A stretch of 63,988 bases of DNA, counting the filler, from Saprolegnia diclina VS20 (taxonomy: Eukaryota): the NCBI RefSeq assembly GCF_000281045.1. It is 7 parts of 2 records of this genome, joined end to end, with 100 filler letters (N's around TTAATTAATTAA, not from the genome) between each part and the next. Parts side by side here need not be neighbours in the genome. Positions count along the whole stretch, not along the records: positions 1 to 25,357 come from NW_008246068.1; 6 more parts are not named here. One strand, 5' to 3'. The translations under genes and the position numbers were made by a program. Below, one piece after another: positions 9,928 to 20,304 of this stretch. How positions within the stretch are numbered: position 1 is the first letter of the stretch; each line of letters starts with the position of its first letter. The notes beneath the pieces are model-generated. The model was not told where the DNA came from, ran no database searches, and saw only the letters and a program-made list of their open reading frames with translations.

Positions 9928-12110
9928 ATGATGCACTTTCTCTCGCGCCTCTCGTCGCCGTTGGCACGCGTCGCGACGAGACGTTTTCCCACCGCAGCGC
10001 TGCAAGCGGCGCCGCCACGCCGCCTCAACATGCCGCCCATGCCGTTGGCCGACATTGCCTACACGCAAGCGACGGACGAAACCCTCAACTTGTCGTGGAC
10101 CGACGGCCACCACAGGTACAGCGTGCCGCCTTAGACACACCTCACATGGTCCAACAGCTCGTTCCACTACATTTGGCTGCGCGACAACTGCCATTGCCCG
10201 CGCTGCCGCCACCCCGTCGCGGAAGAGCGCCTTGTCGACACGCTCGCGATACCCATGAACATTCAACCCGCGCGCGTCCAGGCGCTGCCGGCGTCGGAGG
10301 CGACCGAGGCCGTAGTGCAAATCGCATGGGACGACGGCCACGTCTCGCAGTACCCCGTGTCGTTCCTCTTTGACAATTGCTTTGCCCGACAGACGCCGTC
10401 GTCGTCGTTCTCGTCGGGCCCGACGTTGTGGACCGCCGCCGACATGGCGCATGGCCTGCCACGCTTCCCGTACGAGCACGTCATTTCGTCGGAGCAAGGG
10501 CTTCTCGAGTGGCTCGAAGCGTTGGATGCGTACGGGTTTGCGCTCCTCGAAGGCGTGCCGGCTGGTGACGACGACGCGGCGCGCGCGATGGCCGAGCGCA
10601 TTGGCCTCGTGCGCAACACGTTTTGGGGCCCGACGTGGAGCGTCAAGAGCGAGCCCAAGCCCATGAACCTGAGCATGACGAGCGAGGCGCTGCATCCGCA
10701 CACGGACTTTGGCTGGTCCGAGGCGCCGCCGGGGCTTCAGTTTCTGCACTGCGTCGCGTTTCAATCCAAGGACGCGATCGGCGGCGAGTCGACGCTCGCG
10801 GACGGCTACGCGATCGCCGCGCAGTTGTCGTCGTCGCACCCGGAGGCCTTTCGGCTCCTCTCGACCGTCGCGATTGACCACTGCTTCTCGAGCGAGTCGC
10901 AGTGGTTTGAGCACAAGGCGCCGATTCTGTCGCTCGACCCTACGACTGGCCGCGTGCGCGACGTGCGCTTCAACCAAGCCAACCGGTCGCCGCTGCGGCT
11001 CCATCCGGACCTCGTGCGTCCTTACTATGACGCCATGCGGCTCTGGACGGCGGCAACGCGGGACCCGACGCATCTACTGCGTTTTCGGCTCACAGAAGGC
11101 GACATGCTCGTCTTCAACAACCGCCGACTGCTGCACGGCCGAACGGGCTACGACGCTCAAGCCACGTGGCGCCACCTCAAAGGCTGCTACCTCGACGCTG
11201 AAGACTACAAGAGCAAACTCACAATGCTGCGCGGGCGGCGCCACTACTCGACGAAGCGCTATGTCCGCCCGCCGCCGCCATCGCACTTGGATCCTGGCTA
11301 CGACGCCTTCTCGGCGGCGTTTGTCTCGGCGGCGTTGGCCAACGTCCAGGACGTGATCGATGCAGGAGCAACGTACGACGACGGCAGTAGCTTGAAAGCG
11401 GTCGCCGACGCCGGCGCCGCGTCGTTTCGAACGCTGGCCGACGGCAACAAGGCCGACTATGTGTACCAGTGCTCGCTGTACGACCACGACATTCAGGTAT
11501 TCGATGCCCTAGACATCTTGGTACTAAATCGATGTAGGTCAACTTGGTGCCACGGCTCTTGGGGATGCTCCAGAAGCTTGAGGGCGACCACGTTCGTCTC
11601 GGGACGGGCACGCAGGTGGATTTGTTCGAGCACAGCCTGCAGTGCGCAACGCTGGCGCACACCGACGGCGCCGACGAAGAGCTCGTCGTCTGCGCGCTCC
11701 TGCACGACATTGGGGAGCTCCTCTCGCCGTGCAACCATGGCGAGATCGCGGGTGCGATCCTTCGCCCGTACATCAGCCCCGAGCGGTACTGGATCCTCGC
11801 CCACCACGAGATCTTCCAGGTTCGACGCTTTGCCACGTTGCAACTCGATGATTATGCGTAGGGGTACTACTACTTTCATCACGTGGGCGGCGACCGCGAG
11901 ACGCGCCAGCAGTTTGCCGACCACCCGCAGTTTGCGGCGACCGTCGACTTTTGCCACAAGTACGACCAGGCAGCGTTCGACCCGGCCGCCGACACGTACG
12001 CGCTGTCGTTCTTTGAGCCAATGCTGCGCCGGATCCTCTCGCGCAAGGCCTACTTCTTCGCGCCTAGCCACCCCAAGCTCGGCTGCGTCACGGGCACGTC
12101 CCTGACATAA
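9928..12110 (+). CDS. Mitochondrial-targeted fusion: BBOX/TMLH-like Fe(II)/2OG dioxygenase + HD-domain (PhnZ/TmpB-related) putative oxygenase
   Basis: Exons 9928-10115, 10158-11496, 11538-11819, 11862-12110; three 41-42 nt GT-AG introns keep one frame, giving 685 aa. WLRDNCHCPRC Zn motif; HTD...LLHGR...RHLKGCY facial triad and Arg; EHSLQCA...LLHDIG...NHG...HHEIFQGYYYF...YDQAAFDP HD module. Confidence 0.9.
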
Positions 12111-12664
12111 GATTGTGTCCTTCCTTGCTATTCCATTCGTAATTTGATATTGCATCCGTCCATCTGCCCGGCTCGGTGGGTGCTGGCGCTGTTGGCGCTG
12201 GCGCGGCCGGTGCGGCACTTCCTGGCCGCCGTCGGCGTCTTGCCTTTTCTAGCTTTTTTAGTTAGCGCGGCCAATCAGATTGACGAAAATAGTTAGCGCT
12301 GCCAATCAGCATCTGATTTGCATCTCATTGGTCAGCATACCGCAGTATTTTTGCCAATCAGCGAAAGGAATGAATTTTATTAGTCAAAATTCTGGAGCTG
12401 TGGACCATAAACGTCCAAGAGTACAAACACGCATACAAATTTCAAGTCTAATTCGTCCAAGGAGCACTTCCTCGTAGCCCAGACCGAAGCACGGACCTCT
12501 ATTGTCTTAACGTGAACACCATAGACATGTACGCTGTTTTCCCAGTGTTCTCGCTGCCTCCTTCCCTCTTTTTTCTCTTTCTTCCCTTTTTCTGTGTGCC
12601 AAACATTTTTACGTTTATGGTTCATAAGCCCATCTGCCGATGTATTTATTGTGCACAGCATAGT

Positions 12665-13793
12665 CTAGGAGGACTCGTCGCCGGCCTTCTTTCGCTGGCG
12701 CAGAAGTTGCTTGTACTTGGTCGGGTGCCGCCGCTTCCAGTCGTCCTCGAGCTCGTTCTGCAACGCCGCAAGGTGCTCCGGTACCCAGAGCTGCCTGCGC
12801 AAGAGAATATACTATGAAACCAGCGATCGACAATATTGTACACGTACCGAGCGAGCACGTCGTCGCGGTTATGGGGGTATTGGTCGCTGAGGAAGAAGGC
12901 TTCACTAATGTCCTAACACTACAATGAACGTAATACTGAAGGACAATATTGTACCAACGCCTTGCACGTCAAGTACAGCACCGCGTCCGGAGCGTACGGC
13001 CGGCGCAAGTACGCATAGTCATACCACCACCGGAGTCGCCACACCACGTATAACATGAGCGAGTAGGGCAAGAGCAGAAGCCGAACCAGCAGCAGCTTGC
13101 GCAGCCTACGTCAACCGTGGAGGGATCGCCGGCGATGCAGCGACGTACGTTGGCTTTTCGTAGCCGCCCGAGATCTCGGAGGACGCCATGAGCTCGTCGA
13201 CGATGGCCTCGAGCTCGGCTTTGGCCGCGTCTTTGGCCTTCTTGTCCTTGGCGCGCTTGAGATGCGCGTTGCGCTCGGTTTGCACGGCCAATGCCTGGCG
13301 CTTGACCGTGTCCGACTACGTTTCGAGATGGCGTCGTGTGGCCAAATGTCGACTGTGGTACCTGGCGAAAGTATGCGATCGCTTGCTTATGGCGGTGAAC
13401 TTGGGATAGGTACTGGCAGAGCGTGAGGAAGAGGACGAACCCGAGCACGATGAGGCGCGCGTCCGACTTTGGCGCGTACGCGTGCTGGACGTACATGCCA
13501 TAGTTGTACGCGTAGTCTGTCGGGTGGTCGAGGTAGTGGTCGTAGGCGGCGCGCTTGGTCACGTCGGCGAGCACCTCGTAGGCGGTCGCGAGCGCTTGGA
13601 ACGCCGACGCTGCGTCCGCGCTCGGGTTCTTGTCCGGGTGCATCAGCAGCGACAGCGCGCGGTACTGCTTGCGGACCTCGGTCGCCGACGCCGTGCGCTC
13701 GAGGCCAAGCAGGTCGTAGCACTCGCGCTGCCCGCAGTACATGTTGCGGCCATGGACGACCGCGAGCACGAGCGCAAGCCACCGCACTTGCAT
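12665..13793 (-). CDS. DNAJC25: DnaJ homolog subfamily C member 25-like (ER membrane J-protein, multi-exon)
   Basis: Signal peptide, MYCGQRECYDLLGL, HPDKN J-domain motif, YAPKSDARLIVLG TM helix; last exon ...LWVPEHL...DESS* ends at 12665. Confidence 0.85.
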
Positions 13794-13918
13794 CGAAAAA
13801 GTGTTTAAAACACGGTTTGCAACACAACGACATGTCGCAAGGTTTGGGGATAGGGCCGTGGATTCGTTAGGTTCTAAATCTAAATAACAAAGGACGCGCC
13901 TTAGTGCCTAACGAATGC

Positions 13919-15402
13919 TTAGAGCCCCGGCGGACGCATGCCCAGCTGCGGCTTGAGGTGGCCATGCAGCGTCGCGAGCTCGGTCTGGAGCGTCATGTTG
14001 AGCTGCTGTAGAAGACGGTTTTCGTGCTCGAGCTGCTCCATGCGGAGGAGCGACCGCTGCAAATGGTCGCGCAACTGCGCGTTCTCCATTTCGCCGTTGC
14101 GGTTGACCGCCATGAGCGACTCGGCCGTCTGCTTGAAGTACTGCGCCCGGGACATGACTTCATCAACGTCGAGGACGGTCTCTGCCTACGCGTATCACGT
14201 CGTCAGTCAAGGGCATATGCAATATGGCTGTCGACCTGGCCAGGAATGAAGACAGTGATGTGTTTCGGGTGGTAGGAGACAGCGTTCAAGTTGATCTTGG
14301 GGCTGTGCATGGCCGGCGGCGACAAGGACGGCGGCGGCGTGGCCGAGCCGTTCGAGGGACGCGCCGGAAGCTCGTTGCGCGGTGAGGTACGCTGCTGGTT
14401 CGCAACAGGCGTGGGAGGTGGCACGACGGGCGCCGGCGACGCGACCTAACGTTTATGAGCCATCGAGTGGATGGAGACGTGGTGAGGTATACCGTCTTGG
14501 CCTTGGGCTTGGGCTCCGCTACAGGAGCCACATTTTTCTGCTTGGTTTGTTCGACTACGGGGGATGCCTTTGGCTTGGGCTCGGCCATAGGCTGCTTGGT
14601 GGGCTTTTGTTCGACCGCCGGCGTCGGCTTGGCCACTGGCGCCTTGGCCACCGGCGTCTGGACTGACTTGACAGCAGGAGCCGGCGTCGGCTTGACAGCA
14701 GGCGTCGGGGCGGCAGGCGTGGCTTTCGCGACGGGTGCCGGTTTGGACTTGGGTTCGGGGCTCGCAACCGGCGCCGGCTTGGCAACGACGGGTACAACCG
14801 CCGGCTTGGCCTTGGGCTGTACCGCAGGCTTGGCCTTCGTCGCAGGCGGTTGCGCCACAGGCTTGGGCTTGGCTTCGGGCGGCGGCTGGGACACGACCTT
14901 GGGCTTCATTTCAACAACGACAGGCTTGGGCTTGAGTTCAACGACGACGGCGCGCGGCTTGGGCTCGGCGGCGACCAGGGCCTTTGGCTTGTTCTGCGCT
15001 TCACGAAGCTTGTCGGCAAACGACATGGGCGGCGGCGCCGGCGTCTCTACAACTGGCTCTGGCTCGGGCGCCGCGAGCTGCAACACGGTCAAGCATGGCC
15101 TCGTGCATGGCCAAAGTACCTCGTCGTCTGCGGGCGTCGGGTTCGTCGACGCGCCTTTCTTCTTCTTCTTGGACTTCTTGGACGTCGCACACATGGCCAA
15201 GCTCTTAAGCGTGAGCTCTTCTCTACGCAGGACGCAAGGGTGAGCTACGCAGTGCATGGCGCGCGTACTGCTTCTTGGCCTTGAGCTTCTCCTTCTGCTT
15301 GGTCTGCTTGGCGGCCTTGTCTGCGTTGGCGCTGTAGTGCTGGCTAATGGCCGTGTCATCGTCCGAGTCGTCGGCGAACGCAAGGAAGACGCTCTTCTTC
15401 AT
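13919..15402 (-). CDS. Hypothetical Pro/Lys/Ala-rich protein with C-terminal coiled coil (multi-exon)
   Basis: ORF pieces 15223..15492 (ATG 15402), 14286..15383, 14203..14424 and 13919..14155 are linked by short introns; PKPK/AKP low-complexity repeats. Confidence 0.55.
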
Positions 15403-15970
15403 GCTGCAAGTGGTATCGGCGGGGGAATTTCTGCGCGTGTCGTTTCCAATGGTTTTCAATACTGTCACACTCGATATGCCAATCCCATGCAATTTTAGAG
15501 GTTATAAAAAACACGCGTTTTAAACCATGAGCTCGACCTCAACCTCAACCTCAACGCCGTCGCGCGCTTCTCGCAGCCGCCCAGAGCCACCGAGATAGCC
15601 GCCGTGGACGCGCCCGACAGGCGCTTGGACACGATGCACGGTTCGTGGAGCGTATGTATCGTTCGTCTGCAGAATGGCCGTGTTTCTTTGGTGCTTCGAG
15701 GGCGCCAAAGCCGGATCCGCTACGAAGTTTAGTGTCCAGCGTTGCACTCTACGTGGACGAGGTGATAGTAGATAGCATGGCAGTGGCGGCTGGCTCCTTC
15801 TGCAGCTCAAGGGCAGCGTGGTGACAGCGCAGCATCCACTTGGCTATCTTATAGTGTTGCTTTGGGGTAGGGTGTTTAAAACATTATACTGGATCTTGGT
15901 ATGCTCTAAGATCTGGCAAAACACTCGATTCCGCGTTCTATATTCCGTGCCAAAGACACCACGTGGAGCG

Positions 15971-16682
15971 ATGGACATGTCCCTCGGTGCGGTCCGCCGC
16001 CACCGCTCTCGCCCGCTCACGTTGCCACGTAGATGATCTCATCAAGTCGCGCCAGCCAGCCAAGGGTCGGCCCGCGCCATCGAAAGTCAAGGTCTCGCCG
16101 CCGAGAGCCGCGGCCCCGTTGTCGCCGACGGCCGGGGACCCCATGACCATGTCCTTGGGTACGCTCGGACATCGTTTGCCGCCGCTCAGTTCCACGAATA
16201 GATGATCTGATTGCGTCCAAGAAGAAGGCGCGCGAGTCTGTCAAAGCCAAGACGATCCCGCCAGTCAAGGTACCTTGCAATCTTGCGTGTGGTCTGACGT
16301 CCTGTGCTAGAAGCAGCAGGTCGCGCAGGCCCACGCCAAGCAGAAGCGTCGGTCCGCGGTCAACGAGGTACCTCATCGTCTCCTACGTATACGCCTTATA
16401 TCGTGGTGCGCAGCGGCGTGGCGTAGCGCAGGCGCCCGAGCCGCCCGTGCGTCGCGGTGGCCGGCCTCCGCGGCGCCGCCCCGCCGCGGCCGCGCTGCCC
16501 AACTGGGCCAAGCACAGCTTGGAACACCCGACCAAGTTTGAGGTGCCAAAAGGCATGAACTTCAAGATTTCAATTGCGTACGTACAACAGGTCCTCGTGC
16601 ATAACGCGCCGACGAATCATGGTGCTCTGGCTCTAGCATGGACAACGTCCGTCCCGTCGTGGGCATTCCGCCGCAGCGGTAA
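15971..16682 (+). CDS. Small protein with two ALYREF/UIF-type UAP56-binding motifs, no RRM (multi-exon)
   Basis: Removing introns 15987-16032 and 16159-16201 gives MDMSLDDLIKSR and MTMSLDDLIASKK; Arg-rich middle; last exon ...MDNVRPVVGIPPQR* ends at 16682. Confidence 0.6.
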
Positions 16683-17062
16683 AGATCCACGCGTCCGCTG
16701 CCATCCTAGCACCGACCGCCGTGACCCGTCGTCGTCGAATCGTCGCAGTCGTTTTCTTAATGCTACGAAAAAAGATATCCGGTCAGTTGTCATCCCGAGA
16801 TGCCATCATCGGGCCTTGGCTACTAGTACCTACTGCGGCCATAACAACAACAACACCGCGACGAGTACTGTGGGTACTACGTGTACAGCCGCACAGTAAT
16901 CCCCGCGGTCGATCCCTCGCATCACTCGATCCGCAACCGCATCCTCGGCAGAAGCGGCGTCTTTGTAGTACTCCAAGTGGAGTCGCTGCAAGGCTCCCTG
17001 GTGTGTGTGCCAAGGCGCGTCTGGGTAACGAGCAAAGGAAGCGATGGACGCGCCGTGCGTCG

Positions 17063-19915
17063 ATGCGCCGCCTGTCTCCTTCGGCGGGGCGACGACGAAC
17101 GGCAAAGTCCCGGGAGCGTGACTCACGCCGCGCCAGGTGGCCAATGAGCCGTGACTGCGAGGCTGTTTTTGCGACGACCAGTTTTCACATGCACCTCAAG
17201 TACAGCGACGTCCTCGACATCGTCGGCAGTGCGGCGCGCGACGGCGGCGAGCTCGGCGTCGCGTCGCGCACCAAATGGCCGTGGACGTTTCGCGACTATC
17301 ACGCGGACATGCCCCACGAGCTCCTCCTCCGGCGCGGCGCGTCGCTCGTGCACCACGTTGCGCACGAGTGCAAGGCGCGCAACATGCTCGAGCACGCGGG
17401 CTCGCTCGACGAAAAGGTGTTTGCGAGCAAAGACAGCAGCCGGAACCTCTTTAGCGTCAACGCAATGGTCGAGATGGCCGGGTCGATTCCCCAAGTGCTC
17501 GATGTGCTCGTCGGCAAGCACGGCGACGACTATGGCAGCTTCCTCGCGCGCGTCTTTCGAGGCCACCTTGTCGGCACGGCGACGCTGCGCGCCCTCGCTG
17601 TCTCGCCCGACGGCTACATCCACGAGAAGCCGCCGACGTCCGAGGCGGGCGCGTCCACCGACGCCATGGACGACGGCAACACGTTCAACCACGTGGCCGC
17701 GATCGCGACTGCCGAGCTCCGTGAGACGCATTTTTTCAAAAAGGTGTCCAAGGAGCTGCTGTATATGGACTTTATGCACATCCAGCCCAACGAGCGCGCC
17801 GTCACGCGCGTCTTCAAGACGATCGACAACGAGTCGGGGCCGATGAGCGCGCAGGCCATGGACCGCTACAAGCACGTGCTCTTTGGGTACCACGTGGAGC
17901 GGCTCGGGCGCGGCGACCGGCTCCGCATTAGCTTTTACGGCGACTATTGCATTAGCACCAAGCAAAAGCAGTCGTGGAAGGACACAAAGCACCTTCTTGA
18001 GAAGCTCGCTGCGTCCGTGCACCTCCTCAAGCGCATTTGCGAGCGCCAGCACATCGAGTCGGCGCTGCCGTGGACCACCGACGACAAGGACGCCAAGAAG
18101 TGGTGCCACGTGTGCCACAAGTCGTTTTCGCTCTTCCGGAAGCGCACGTACTGCAAGTACTGCGCGCTGCCCGTGTGCTCCGACTGCTTCAAGTTTGAGC
18201 CGATCGCAATGGCTGGCGGCGCGAGCTATGAGGTGTGCATCTGCCGCCTCTGCAAGACGACGCGCCAAGCGCGCACGCAGAGCACGCGCGCGTCAATGAG
18301 CTCGCACCTCTCGTCGCACCACCGCGTGTCCCGGTCGTCGGCGAACCGGCACTCGGTCGGGTACTATGACGCCGACGACGACGCGCACGAACACGCCAAA
18401 GGTACCGTACCGCTCTCGATCGTTCCCGAGACGGACCCGTGCAGCCTCTGCCGGCAACCCACCGCGTCGGCGACAACTTGCCGGCTCTGTCGGCAGTCGT
18501 GCTGCGCCCACTGCTGCCGCATCCAGCAGTACACCAACCGGCATGGCATCGCGTTCGAAGCGTGGCTCTGCCTCCAGTGCCTCGCGTCGACGACGCAGGC
18601 GGTCACTGGTCCACCGTCGCACAAGCGCGACCGGATATCCGTCTACGAAAAGCCGCCGGCACCGACGGCCGAGCCGACGACGACAACAACCAACAACAAT
18701 TTTACCGCGTCCGACTTCATCGATACTGCGTCGTACGCGGTCAAGCACCTCGTGGCCAACCCCAACCCGAATCCCAACCCCAACGTGAATCCCAACGCGA
18801 ATCTGAATTCGAATCCGAGTGCAGCTCCCGCCAAGGGCGGTAGCGCGGGGCGGCCGTCGACGGACCGTGCGAACGAAGCACGGTACTCGCGGCACAGCAC
18901 CAACGAGGCGCGCTTCCAGCACGAGCAGCACCGCCTCAGCGAGCAGTCGGAGCTCCGGTCGAGCTTTAGCGTCGACGACACGAGCTTTGACAACACGGCG
19001 GGCGACGGCGGCTACACGTTTGCGCTACCGATGCACGTCGAGGGCAGCAACGCGTCCGAAGACAATGCAAGCGTCATGAACACGACGCTGCATCGCGGCG
19101 ACGACGACGACGACGAGGCGCACCCGCTCTCGGCCACGTCGCCGATCGTGCTCAACGGCGTCGCCTTCCACACCGAGTCGCTCCTCGCGCTGCCCAAGGG
19201 GGCGCCCAAGCCAAAGCCGCCACCGTCGTCGCCCAAGCAGGTCGTGTCGCTCGGCGCTGTCTCGAACGCCCGCCTCCTCCTCCACGACAACGCATCGTCC
19301 ACCAAGAAGCATATCGCGTCGAGCAGCGTCCAGAGCAACGAGAACGCAGTGCCGAGCGTCCGGTCAACCGCGCCGAGCACCAACATGGTGCCGAGGGACG
19401 CGCGGTCGACGGCCACCAACGACGCGCAAGATGCGATCGAAGCAGAGACCTTGCGTGTCGTTGCGTTTCTCGACATGGCGTCCAACGATGCACTCGACAG
19501 CATTTGCCACACGATCGCGACGCGCATGGACTGCGCGTACGGGTTTGTCGTGTTGATTTATAAGGGCGACTTTGTGCTCAAAGGCGCCGCGTCCGGCGAC
19601 CGCGCGGACGCCGACGCGCCGACACAGATCCCGCGGGACTGTATTCTTTCGAGCCACAGCTGCCAAGTGCCGCTGATGCTACCGGACGCCGAGATGGACC
19701 CGCGCTTTGCCCACTCGCCGCGCGTTCTGGGCGACGAGCGCATCCGCTTTTATTATGGCCTTCCGCTCGTGTCGCCCTCGGGCGTCCTCCTCGGGACGGT
19801 GGCCGTCGCCGACACGCACGCCCGCGTGCGTATTTCCTCCAAGCAGCACCAAGCCATGATCTGGTTTGCCGAGTCGACCGCCGCGCTCATCGTCCACCGC
19901 GTCCAGACCATGTAA
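17063..19915 (+). CDS. START-like + 2x FYVE-like zinc finger + GAF domain protein
   Basis: Long single ORF. CHVCHKSFSLFRKRTYCKYC; second CSLC..CRLC..CAHC..CLQC finger; GAF motif DPRFAHSPRVLGDERIRFYYGLPLVSPSGVLLGTVAVAD. Start uncertain (17063 or 17144). Confidence 0.8.
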   Translation: MRRLSPSAGRRRTAKSRERDSRRARWPMSRDCEAVFATTSFHMHLKYSDVLDIVGSAARDGGELGVASRTKWPWTFRDYHADMPHELLLRRGASLVHHVAHECKARNMLEHAGSLDEKVFASKDSSRNLFSVNAMVEMAGSIPQVLDVLVGKHGDDYGSFLARVFRGHLVGTATLRALAVSPDGYIHEKPPTSEAGASTDAMDDGNTFNHVAAIATAELRETHFFKKVSKELLYMDFMHIQPNERAVTRVFKTIDNESGPMSAQAMDRYKHVLFGYHVERLGRGDRLRISFYGDYCISTKQKQSWKDTKHLLEKLAASVHLLKRICERQHIESALPWTTDDKDAKKWCHVCHKSFSLFRKRTYCKYCALPVCSDCFKFEPIAMAGGASYEVCICRLCKTTRQARTQSTRASMSSHLSSHHRVSRSSANRHSVGYYDADDDAHEHAKGTVPLSIVPETDPCSLCRQPTASATTCRLCRQSCCAHCCRIQQYTNRHGIAFEAWLCLQCLASTTQAVTGPPSHKRDRISVYEKPPAPTAEPTTTTTNNNFTASDFIDTASYAVKHLVANPNPNPNPNVNPNANLNSNPSAAPAKGGSAGRPSTDRANEARYSRHSTNEARFQHEQHRLSEQSELRSSFSVDDTSFDNTAGDGGYTFALPMHVEGSNASEDNASVMNTTLHRGDDDDDEAHPLSATSPIVLNGVAFHTESLLALPKGAPKPKPPPSSPKQVVSLGAVSNARLLLHDNASSTKKHIASSSVQSNENAVPSVRSTAPSTNMVPRDARSTATNDAQDAIEAETLRVVAFLDMASNDALDSICHTIATRMDCAYGFVVLIYKGDFVLKGAASGDRADADAPTQIPRDCILSSHSCQVPLMLPDAEMDPRFAHSPRVLGDERIRFYYGLPLVSPSGVLLGTVAVADTHARVRISSKQHQAMIWFAESTAALIVHRVQTM

Positions 19916-20304
19916 CACGCGCCTCATTTGTCACGCGCTCAACACGACGTCTCTATGTATATAACTGTTTGTTCCAGTGTCGAGTCCTTACGCTGGAGGT
20001 GTCGTCGACAAGTTAACGACGAGGGTGGCCATGAAAAATGGCGTTCACCCTTCGAACCCTAACCCCACCGACCCCGAACCCTAGAGGCGGTCGGGAATCT
20101 GTTGGTTGCTCTCTGAGCCAGTCACGTCGTCTGCAGTAGACAACATTCAACACGGTACACATAGTCGACCACGTCTACCATGGGGTGCACGATGGTACCG
20201 CGGAAGCACGCGTATTTCGTGTCACGCTGACCGACGTCGGTGGTTGTCGCAGACGAAAGGACGTATGCTACAACATACGACTAGACTACGGTGGTTACTA
20301 GAAA

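Noticed and set aside
10255..12105. 616-aa ORF from the track taken as the real protein
   Set aside because: It reads through intron 11497-11537 into a wrong, Arg/Ser-rich frame; splicing restores the HD domain.
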